A DNA stretch of 64,000 bases from Octopus sinensis (lineage: Eukaryota), in assembly GCF_006345805.1 (NCBI RefSeq), contig NC_043012.1, positions 51,150,001 to 51,214,000 of the forward strand. Direction: 5' to 3'. Positions within the stretch are counted from its first letter, which is position 1. Every line of letters begins with the position of its first letter. The position numbers and the translations under genes are program-made. Of the stretch, positions 27,387-36,334 are shown in pieces. A model generated the notes under the pieces. That model was given only the letters and a program-made list of their open reading frames with translations. It did not search any database and had not been told where the DNA came from.

Positions 27387-27489
27387 ATTTTCCTGCTATC
27401 TTCGTCTTGATCACCTTTAGTATTGTTGTTGTTGTTAGTGGTCATGGTCGTAGCAGTGGAAGTAATACCTCTAAGTATTATTATTATTA

Positions 27490-27830
27490 TTATTGCTTAT
27501 TTAGCTTGGGTTCGAATTTATCAATAAAATTCTTTTCTCTGATTTTCCTCTCGATTTCACTTGGGCTGTGTAATTTGTAGAATGGAAATATTATATATTT
27601 TTTCCGACCACATGTTGCTAGGTGGTTACTCAAAGGTATTTGACGGACCTCTGGGTCTCTAATCTGTTGCCGGTGTACACGTGAGCGTTCTAATAGTGCG
27701 TTTCCCGTCTGACCTACATATATTTCTTCACAATTTGGGCATTTGATGCAGTAAATTAAATTTCTGCTTTTGCAGTTCATATTCGCGTTTGTGAATATTT
27801 TCCCGGTTTTTGTGTTTATATATTCTGACC
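27490..27830 (-). CDS. GIY-YIG endonuclease domain of the PLE, frameshifted from RT
   Basis: NCKSRNLIYCIKCPNCEEIYVGQTG...RSRVHRQQI...HLATC...EKNFIDKFEPKLN. Confidence 0.9.
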
Positions 27831-29819
27831 GGTATGTATGAATTGGCATGTGCCACATCGGCTATCATTGCATTTAGATACCGTGAATGTTTGGTCTTTG
27901 TTGCTGAGGTCAAATTTTGCCTTTGTTAGTAATGTTTTCAAGTTTTTAGGCTGTCTTTTACTAAGCACCATAGCTCGATCCGTGATTATGTCTTTTAATT
28001 CATTACTTTGGGCAATGATTGGTAGGTTTGCTTTGGCAATGTTGAAGATATTCTGGTGACATGGGTTGTGTGTCACTATGAATGGTATGACTTGTTCTTG
28101 TTTTCCTCTTCCTTGGGTTGTCCTAAGTTGTTGTATAGGTATTTTTATAGCCCGCTGTATGCCATTTTCTATAAGTAGAGATGGGTATTTTTGTTTGAGC
28201 AAAAATTCTCTTAGTTCTATTAGGCGTTTGTTCCTGATATTTGCATCTTCTACAATAGTACAAATTCTTCTGGCTAGGCAGTATGGGATGTTACGTTTTG
28301 TATGTGGTGGATGGCACGACTTAAAATTTAGGTATTGATGTGTGTCTGTGTGTTTATAGTATATATCTGTGGTGATGGTGGTGTCTTTTTTAATTACCAT
28401 TATATCCAGGAATGGTAATTTGGTATTACTCATCTCCTTTGTAAATTGGAGAGATGGGTGTAGGTTGTTCAGGAGGATATTGAACTCTTCCAGAGTATTT
28501 AGAGATTCTGTCCAGATTATGAAACAGTCGTCTAGGTATCTCTTCCATGCCTTTTCAATATACTTTCTAAACCCAGTGCTATAGTTTACCTCCACCTCTT
28601 GGTAGAGTTGTTCTTCTAAGTATCCCATTACAGAGTTGGCGTAAACGGGAGCAAACCTCGTTCCCATCGCCGTGCCTCTAATTTGGATGTAATTCTTTCC
28701 ATTGAAGAAGAATGTGTTATTTTCTAGAATAAGCTTGACTGTGTCTAATATAAATGGCACTGTGAATCTGCTGGGAATCACTTCTCTATGTTTTTCTAAC
28801 CAGTATTTAATCGCCTTTATTCCTAAATCGTGTGGAATATTGGTGTAGAGGCTTACCACATCAAAACTTAGTAAAACTGAATTTGTTTCTGTTGTTTTGG
28901 GAAGATGGGACAGGAAGTCGATGTCATCCCTGATGAAACTTGGTATGTAAGTACATAGTGGTTTCAAAACAATGTCAATAAAATTGCTTAGACGGTGTGT
29001 AGGGCATGCTGGACCAGCTATAATAGGTCTAAGTTTTAGGTCTTTTGGATGTAATAATTTTATGTACTCACTTTCTTGTTCTTTTACTGCCTGTTGAATG
29101 TTTTTTGATTTGTGTATTTTTGGTAAGCCGTAGAAGTTGCTGGGTTTTGGTTCAAAATTGGTGATGTAGTCTTTTTCATTATCCGTAAGTGAGTTGTGGT
29201 GTGTTGAAATCAGGTTGTTGATCTTTTTCATGATGTGGTGGTCTATATTTGCGGGTATTTCACAATAGAAGGTTGTATCCTTCAGTTGGTCTTCAACCAA
29301 ATCCTTATAGTATTCGGTATCCATAATAACAATTGCACCACCTTTATCTGCTTGTTTAATTATTATTGTTTGATCGTTTTGTATACGTTTACATGCAGAC
29401 ATCTCTGATTTGCTAATGTTTGGCCTAACATTGGTATTGCGTCTAAGGGGAAATTTAGACAGGATATCAATGTATTGGTCAAGGTAGTTATTTCTTCCTT
29501 TTGGTGGGGTGAAATATGATTTATTCCTTACTAGGGATTCATCAATCTCATTACTTTTGTTAGCGAAGAATTCTACAAGTCGTAATTTTCGACAGAATTT
29601 TTGGATATCCTCCTTTAATTCTTGGTGGTTGGCTGTTGGTGTAGGTGTGAATTTCAGTCCTTTTGACAGAAGTTGGATTTCATCATTGTCAAAATCTCTT
29701 TTTGATAAATTAATTATTTTAGGATCTATACGTTCAGTTGTTTGGGGTATGTTTCCTCTTGGATTTTTTCTTTCTCCGGTGTTTGTTGTCCTGACGTAAA
29801 AAAATGGATTTTTTTCTGG
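27816..29819 (-). CDS. PLE reverse transcriptase ORF (open frame of 667 codons; first Met at 29402)
   Basis: The frame opens after a TAA at 29822-29820. IINLS...LLSKGLKFTPTP, ADKGGAIV, FYGLPKIHK, LRPII, FDVVSLYTNIP, GTAMG, RYLDD, LPFLD, DIYYKHTD, SCHPPH, then CNDSRCGTC. Confidence 0.95.
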   Translation of the reverse strand, partial: PEKNPFFYVRTTNTGERKNPRGNIPQTTERIDPKIINLSKRDFDNDEIQLLSKGLKFTPTPTANHQELKEDIQKFCRKLRLVEFFANKSNEIDESLVRNKSYFTPPKGRNNYLDQYIDILSKFPLRRNTNVRPNISKSEMSACKRIQNDQTIIIKQADKGGAIVIMDTEYYKDLVEDQLKDTTFYCEIPANIDHHIMKKINNLISTHHNSLTDNEKDYITNFEPKPSNFYGLPKIHKSKNIQQAVKEQESEYIKLLHPKDLKLRPIIAGPACPTHRLSNFIDIVLKPLCTYIPSFIRDDIDFLSHLPKTTETNSVLLSFDVVSLYTNIPHDLGIKAIKYWLEKHREVIPSRFTVPFILDTVKLILENNTFFFNGKNYIQIRGTAMGTRFAPVYANSVMGYLEEQLYQEVEVNYSTGFRKYIEKAWKRYLDDCFIIWTESLNTLEEFNILLNNLHPSLQFTKEMSNTKLPFLDIMVIKKDTTITTDIYYKHTDTHQYLNFKSCHPPHTKRNIPYCLARRICTIVEDANIRNKRLIELREFLLKQKYPSLLIENGIQRAIKIPIQQLRTTQGRGKQEQVIPFIVTHNPCHQNIFNIAKANLPIIAQSNELKDIITDRAMVLSKRQPKNLKTLLTKAKFDLSNKDQTFTVSKCNDSRCGTCQFIHTGQNI

Positions 29820-31018
29820 TTATGATTTATATTCCTGTTGATGTTTGCTTGATGAATTTTGCGTTTTGGTTGTGGTACTTTACTTGGTTTCGTTATGTTT
29901 TCTGTCTTGTTTTTGGTATTATGTATGCTACTTTTCAATTTCTTGTTAGCATTGTTTTTAACCACCTGGAGAAATGATCTGGGTTTACTTCTAGATCTAG
30001 ATCGGTTTTTTGTCCAGTTTCTTGTGGGTAATCTCTGTTGAGGTCTTGAAAATGATCTCCTGTTATTTCTACTGCTAATGGTCTGTTCAAAACAATATCT
30101 ATTTTGTTTGTGCTTTTTGTTCCTGTTGTGTGCATTGGGGTGTTTGCATACAAAATGGGAAGAGTTCTTACCGTAGTTCGTCTTCGATTCGTGGTGAAAC
30201 AGGTGTTCATGTTGCCACGTGTTCTGGTGTATGTTGCGTTGGTGAGGTTGTCCACTTTTAATGCTATTTCTCGGAGCTCTGTTGTCTTTACCGTAGTTTG
30301 TAGCATATTTGTCAAGAAATAATTGTTTCCGCTGCCAAAACTTTCTTGATCTGCTTTCTTCTTTTGAGATATCTCTGATCCATAGTTCTCGCATTTTTTC
30401 TGCTATATTGCCGGTCGTTAGTTTGGATATTTCATCTCTGATTTGATCATCGATAGCTTCGTATTTGGCTTTGTAGCGAGATTGTTTAGACAGGGTAATG
30501 GAGATGTCGGTCCTGAATTTTATCAAACTAAGGTCCCATCGAAGTTTAGTTTCTTCCTCTGGTTCTCCTGCAATTTCTTTAATTAGGTACTTCCGAGGGA
30601 GTATGGGTGCCGCTAAAGATATCCATTTCGAATGTATTTCAGCATATTTTTCGCATTTATATGCCTTCCAGAAGTTTTGTTTTCTTATGTTAAGGAGTTT
30701 TTTCCATGTCTTCTGTATCTCTTCTCTTTTTCGGTGTGCCTCCTTTTCCAGATTTCTTTCGTTTATTTCTGACATCCAAGGAGGTTGTGGTAGGCTTTCT
30801 CTTGTAGATTTTATAATTGTTGGTATCATTTCAGCTAAATTCTTAATTTCAGAGTTTATGTGTTCATTTCCAAGTTTTCCGTCTGTAGACTGTTTTTCTA
30901 TTTCCTTTAAAATAGAGGATTGTGTGTCAATCATCGTGATGAGTGTTGATAATTTCGATGAAATTTCCATTAGAATTCTTTCTGATTCTGTTAATTTTGT
31001 TTGTTGCTTTCCAGACAT
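29726..31018 (-). CDS. PLE upstream ORF (430 aa from MSGKQQ): helical/coiled-coil N-half, basic low-complexity C-half
   Basis: Intact ORF immediately downstream of the 5' pLTR; overlaps the RT frame by about 94 nt. Confidence 0.8.
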   Translation of the reverse strand: MSGKQQTKLTESERILMEISSKLSTLITMIDTQSSILKEIEKQSTDGKLGNEHINSEIKNLAEMIPTIIKSTRESLPQPPWMSEINERNLEKEAHRKREEIQKTWKKLLNIRKQNFWKAYKCEKYAEIHSKWISLAAPILPRKYLIKEIAGEPEEETKLRWDLSLIKFRTDISITLSKQSRYKAKYEAIDDQIRDEISKLTTGNIAEKMRELWIRDISKEESRSRKFWQRKQLFLDKYATNYGKDNRAPRNSIKSGQPHQRNIHQNTWQHEHLFHHESKTNYGKNSSHFVCKHPNAHNRNKKHKQNRYCFEQTISSRNNRRSFSRPQQRLPTRNWTKNRSRSRSKPRSFLQVVKNNANKKLKSSIHNTKNKTENITKPSKVPQPKRKIHQANINRNINHNQKKIHFFTSGQQTPEKEKIQEETYPKQLNV

Positions 31019-31222
31019 GTTGGCATATACACAATAGGAATATAGAATATATATATATGGGTGTGTGTGATTGTGTATAGAAGAATATATTAATAAAAAG
31101 AATTCCAACCTTGTCTGATTTTCACGTTTTATTTACAATCTTATAATGATATATCATAAGATAATATATTATAATTGAATAAAATAAAATGAAATAGTAG
31201 AATGTTAAATATTCATTCTGAT

Positions 31223-31267
31223 TGAACTAGTACTTTCATGCATTGAATTCTGCAATCTTCGGGTTCA
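31223..31267 (-). ncRNA. Minimal hammerhead variant, second copy in the 5' pLTR
   Basis: Identical to 26945-26989. Confidence 0.65.
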
Positions 31268-31328
31268 TGTAGTAGTGTTGACAGTCATGCTTCACAATTT
31301 TTGACTGTAGCAAGATGATTGATTCTGT

Positions 31329-31444
31329 GCTATAAATACAGCTGGGTAGGCTCCAGAGTGCTAGGTTTTGCAAACTGTATTCTGACCAATCAGTGTGTAG
31401 TATCACTCAATTACTTAAGCTGATTGGTTGGTTGAGCTGATTGG
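31329..31444 (-). promoter_or_regulatory. Putative Pol II promoter in the pLTR: three CCAATCAG boxes and TATTTATA
   Basis: Two minus-strand and one plus-strand CCAATCAG, followed on the minus strand by TATTTATA about 60 nt upstream of the ribozyme. Same layout at 27051-27166. Confidence 0.55.
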
Positions 31445-31664
31445 TTTAGGCATCACGCTTTGTTGGACATGTCAAGAGTCCTGTATCTTGACCCTGGCCG
31501 AAGCAGCAATTGTTGGGTTATTTTTAGAAATGTTGTAAATATCCTTTGTCAGAGATTTTTATATTTTTATATTTCAATTGTCATCATCATCATTGTCAGC
31601 ACCTTAATTATTGTTGCTAGTGGTGATGGTGGTGGCAATAGAACTTTTAACCCTAAATAAGATA

Positions 31665-31675
31665 TATATATATGT

Positions 31676-31730
<55 letters not shown>

Positions 31731-31785
31731 CTATTAGTCCCTAATAGAGTATGTATATATATATATATTATATAATATATAATAT

Positions 31786-31817
<32 letters not shown>

Positions 31818-31860
31818 CATATATATACATAAATAAATATACACATACATATATCTCATA
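31665..31860. repeat. (TA)n tract with GTCC(C)TA interruptions
   Basis: Direct reading. Confidence 0.9.
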
Positions 31861-32238
31861 GCAGTCCGTCGGTTACGATGACGAGGGTTCCAGTTGATCC
31901 GATCAAAGGAACAGCCTGCTCGTGAAATTAACGTGCAACTGGTTGAGCACTCTAAAGACACGTATACTCCAAAGGTCGTTCTCGGGGAGATTCAGCGTGA
32001 CACAGATTGTGAGAAGGCTGGCTCTTTGAAATTCAGGTACAACAGAAACAGGAAGAAAGTGTGAGAGAAAGTTGTAGTAACAGAGTACAGCATGGTTCGC
32101 CCCCGCCCCTGCCGGACCCTCGTGGAGCTTTTAGGTATTTTTGCGCAATAAACACTCACAACGCCCGGTCTAGGAATCGAAGCTGCGATCCTGCAACCGC
32201 GAGTCCACTACCCTAACCACTGGGCCATTGCGCCTACT
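31861..32238 (-). mobile_element. SINE family C, full length
   Basis: Aligns end to end with 19741-20120. Confidence 0.9.
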
Positions 32239-32250
32239 ATACATATATAA

Positions 32251-32355
<105 letters not shown>

Positions 32356-32940
32356 TTATATATATATATATATATGACACAGTTGCAATGTTTTTGATCA
32401 TAGTTTTGATCGATCACGTGCCGCCCGGTGCTAAACAACAACAATACCAAGAAAAATGAAAATAATTTGAAGAGACATTATAAAAAGTATAAGAGATACC
32501 AATACGCTCGGAAGCAATTCTTTCACAAATGAGATTACCAAATTAAACATTCATTAATTAGCAAGGTGAAGAAAAATCGCTTAATCGACGCTATACTGCA
32601 GCAGCACCAGGGGCAGCGGCAGCAGCAGCAGTAGCAGCAGTAGTAGTAGTAGCAGCAGCAGTAGTGGCAATAGCAGTATTTTCGAACTAATGTCGATCCT
32701 CATTTTGTAGACTTCTTCGATACGATGTTTCGTTTTTCTCTTTACATTAATGATGTATACGAGTATATTGCATCCATTATATTCCTTTTTATTTAAATTG
32801 GCAGGTGTGATGCGAAGGAAATAATCTTCCTATTTTACAATGTCGCACAGAAACATACTACTTCTCGGAGCGTTGATATTTGCTTCTAAAATATATACAT
32901 ACATACATACATATATATACATTTGTAAATATAAAATGTA

Positions 32941-33135
32941 ACAGTTATTCGGTAGCCATGATAACACTCCGAGTTTCGGATGTCGGGGCGGAAACGGACG
33001 CCCCCATCTCTTCAGTTATCCGGCCATCGAAAAAATCTAAAAAAATCGATGTCCGGATAAGTGAATAGATGGCGGCGTTGGTTTCTGCCCCGACATCCGA
33101 AACTCGGAGTTTTATCATGGCTACCGAATAATTGT
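32941..33135. mobile_element. GC-rich palindromic MITE-like element
   Basis: Terminal inverted repeats of about 55 bp (acagttattcggtagccatgataa..ctccgagtttcggatgtcggggc.gaaac) plus an inner IR ttatccgg.catcga/tcgatgtccggataa. Confidence 0.8.
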
Positions 33136-33214
33136 CACTTATTATATTAACAGAATAATTCCTCTATTTATATAATATCGAGATCTCTTTCACTCTTTTG
33201 TTGTCTTACCATTT

Positions 33215-33237
33215 CTATCAATCTATCTATCTATCTT

Positions 33238-33330
<93 letters not shown>
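33215..33330. repeat. (ATCT)n-(CT)n-(TA)n compound microsatellite
   Basis: Direct reading. Confidence 0.95.
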
Positions 33331-33333
<3 letters not shown>

Positions 33334-33336
<3 letters not shown>

Positions 33337-33764
33337 CAAATCAAATTGCGATAAAATAAAAATAATTATAATCGCTGGTATTACTAACACAAGCCATATA
33401 TTTTCCATATATCAGTACATTAAGGCGAAATATGTGCTAGGAACACAGAAGCTTGATAAATTAAGTGAAATGAAGATAAAAACATTTGCTAACTCGGTTA
33501 TTCTCAGACTGCAGTTTCTTTCTTTTCAGCAATAAAGATAATTTATTTGCTCAGGGAGAATTCGTCAGTGAGACCCTGTTTTTCTGAGATCCTAACTCAC
33601 TAGAAGCATGTGCTTCTAATGATTTAATCTCTCTAACTAATCATATCACTGCGCAGACTCCGAACGTCCCGACAAAACTAGGGATTTCTGGTATATCGTC
33701 TAGCGCTCATAATTTATCGAGAAATATGTAAACAAATCAAATTGCGATAAAATAAAAATAATTA
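33334..33764 (-). mobile_element. Non-coding hammerhead-bearing mini-element: 396-nt unit plus 35-nt terminal direct repeat
   Basis: aaacaaatcaaattgcgataaaataaaaataatta at 33334-33368 and 33730-33764; internal hammerhead; (TA)n flanks. Confidence 0.7.
33502..33573 (-). ncRNA. Type I hammerhead motif with palindromic helix III
   Basis: Minus: tctca CTGACGA attct..agcaaataaa ttatc tttattgct..agaaa GAAA ctgcag TC tgaga. Helix I 5 bp, ACTGCAGT palindrome, GUC triplet, A-A mismatch at the base of helix II. Confidence 0.75.
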
Positions 33765-33789
33765 AAATATAATATAAAGTTATATATAT

Positions 33790-34200
33790 ACATAATGAAG
33801 GATAACATTTTTTCGAAAAAAATTTTTATCAATGGCCAGCATATTAAAAATACCTTTAAAGTTTAAAATTATAAACAACTTATATATAAGGGCAAACGAA
33901 AAAATTTCGAATGCCAAATATGCCGAAAATTGGACATATTGTCCATTACCATATAATTTATCACAATACGCATGCTACTCGTAAAAAAGCTAACAGAAAT
34001 TTCTTTAAAATTCCATTATTACCATATCGGACCGATTTCAGGGTTAGTTTGTAATAACCCTCCCTTCGTCAGTGATAAATGTGGTAAAGAAATAAATGAG
34101 ATACTTACTTGTGATAAATTATATGGTAATGGACAATATGTCCAATTTACGGCATATTTGGCATTAGAAATTTTTTCGTTTACCCTTAGTTATAAGTTAT
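33790..34200 (-). mobile_element. Foldback mini-element: 90-bp inverted repeats enclosing a hammerhead
   Basis: Arms 33877-33966 and 34109-34198 are reverse complements with about 5 mismatches; (TA)n on both sides. Confidence 0.75.
34019..34078 (-). ncRNA. Canonical type I hammerhead ribozyme motif
   Basis: Minus: ttatca CTGACGA aggg agggttattacaaactaa ccct GAAA tcg gtc cga TA tggtaa. Helix I 6 bp (one G-U), helix II aggg/ccct, helix III tcg/cga, AUA triplet. Confidence 0.85.
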
Positions 34201-34202
34201 AT

Positions 34203-34788
34203 ATATACATATATATAAAACTCAACTTGTGTATCTGTATGTGTATCTGTGTGCGTGACCTTTTTTTTCAACTTCCCGGCATATCTCCTCCTAGCCAACA
34301 AATCGTAGAACCGCCAAAAATAGGTCACTTAAAATTTAGGCGAATGAAAATTGAACTGCGCTATTTCTCGCAAGTGCAAAAATCGATAATGTGTTTGTTT
34401 AGGCCTTATCCCATGCATTGAATAGTGAACTTTACTCAGCTGTTTGACGTGAACTGTGTTCACCACGCGTGGAAGCATGCGTAAATTGCATGAAAAAAAA
34501 AAGATCAAGATAAAAAACGAATCGCCGTAAACATCGTAGAAATTCGGCAAAGAAATGAATTTTCGGGATGTAGCCTGGAGGTTTTTTTCGTATTAATTGT
34601 CTGGACTTTGTGAACACATACCAATTGTTTTCATAACATTTTTAACGCTTTCAATTAAATGTGACCATTTTGCGTTGAGTCTGCAGTTTGAATCACTTTA
34701 ACTAAATTTTATCAGGCCGGATTTTTGATCAGCACGATACATCGCCAGTGACTCCCTGAAACTCTCCCCTGAAATCCCCGTTGAGAAA
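34203..34788 (+). mobile_element. Probable non-autonomous Helitron 5' portion
   Basis: Begins tatatataaaactcaacttgtgtatctgtatgtgtatctgtg, matching the Helitron-type start at 34789; no TC terminus or 3' end seen. Confidence 0.5.
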
Positions 34789-34906
34789 TCTATATATATA
34801 TAACTCAACTTGTGTGTCTGTGTGTGTATCTGTTTGTGTGTCTGGGTGTTTAACTTTTGGATCTACCAAGTTTCATTATTAAGGATGGAAAGTAGTGTGT
34901 AGGAAA
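34789..34906 (+). mobile_element. Helitron 5' terminus fragment
   Basis: A|TCTATATATATATAACTCAACTTGTGTGTCTGTG. Confidence 0.6.
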
Positions 34907-35289
34907 TCTATATATATATATAAAGCTGAAGTTGTCTGTGTGTGGTAGGTTTGGTAGCCTTCAACTAACACTATCTCTCCTACGAGACCCTGCAGCGCAA
35001 GTTGACCAATGATAGAAGAAGTTTTGCTCTTCATTCTGTAGGAGAAAAAATTCAAATCGGACCATGTTAACACCAAAAATTATTTATATCAAAAAGGTGC
35101 TTTTATTCTATGAAAATCCCTATTTTTTACGATTTTTGACTGCTGTGTCACCATTTTCGGTGTATTTGAACTGGAAAAATGTTCACTTGAAGAGAATAAT
35201 AACTTGCATAATGCAAAATTTTTACTTTTCAAAAATTCCAATTCTAAAGTGTCAAATCAAACCCAAGCAACACCGGGTGATACTGCTAG
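34907..35289 (+). mobile_element. Complete non-autonomous Helitron (383 bp)
   Basis: 5' TC(TA)n, subterminal hairpin accc-aagcaacacc-gggt at 35261-35278, 3' CTAG, and insertion between A34906 and T35290. Confidence 0.85.
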
Positions 35290-36244
35290 TAGATATATAC
35301 AGACAAGAATACAATACGGGAATTGACTGGACTATTTCATTATTCTAACGAACTCAGAACAGTGAAACCTCTAAACAATGAAAGCAATTTTGATCGCAAC
35401 CTAATAAGGACTTTGAATATAAAGTGATGGATCTAGTACCAGCAGATATATTGTGAAACGTTTTGACTTCTATATTGTTCGCCACCATTGCGTACAATGA
35501 CTTTTGATATGAGTTGATTAATACATCGGAAAATGATGTTACCAACGTAATAGATATGCAACCAAATAATCTTCTGCAAACTTTATCTTCATATCGGTTA
35601 CATGAAAGCTCAATTATATATTCTGCAGTTTAACTCTAACAATTTGTTAAATATAATTTTCTTTTTATATGAGAGCTGCTTACTTGTCGTCTTTTGTTTC
35701 TAATATGTAACATTCTTGCCATAATTGCACTGGGGTTAAGTAACCGGATTACAACATGAACACGAGTGGACACAGTTAATGAAATGAAATGCTTAAAAAG
35801 AGAATGAGAAACTGTTATAAAGCTACGCGGTTGTGAGAAAGGGATACAAACGATTACAAGCATGTTAATAGTTCGTAGTTCATAAACACCGGACGGAAGA
35901 GCGTTATAGATAACAACACGTCTATTTGAATTCATAACACTGAAGAACCAAACTACGTCCGGCAGCACATCACATCCACCAGACGTTGTAGACCTTTGTC
36001 ATTCTGCAACTTGCAATAGATTAAATACATATAACTGAGGAGGATCAAAACAAACGTAAAACTGACTTTGTTTGAACATGCAGAATTCAGGAAAGTAAGT
36101 GAATAATACAAGGCATTTGGCTAGTTTTCTGCTGATTGAACACCTCTCATCCCGAGAATTATAATAAAACCAGCCATGAAATTGCAGTTTGATGTGGCCT
36201 CTGTATCTAATTATAATGAGGACTATAACACAAAACATTTTCTT

Positions 36245-36298
<54 letters not shown>
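36245..36298. repeat. (CTA)n microsatellite
   Basis: Direct reading. Confidence 0.95.
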
Positions 36299-36300
<2 letters not shown>

Positions 36301-36334
36301 TCAAACATTGATTTCACAATGGTACATGGTTTCA

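Larger units (their letters stand above)
26813..31664 (-). mobile_element. Near-intact Penelope-like retroelement (Neptune-like) with two pseudo-LTRs
   Basis: PLE RT (ADKG, GTAMGTRFAP, RYLDD), Cys linker, C-terminal GIY-YIG, upstream ORF, 574-bp direct repeats at offset 4278, and (TA)n on both flanks. Confidence 0.95.
31091..31664 (-). repeat. 5' pseudo-LTR (574 bp)
   Basis: Direct repeat of 26813-27386. Confidence 0.95.

Noticed and set aside
26813-31664. LTR retrotransposon interpretation of the direct repeats
   Set aside because: No TG...CA termini, PBS, gag, protease or integrase; the RT motifs and GIY-YIG domain are PLE-type.
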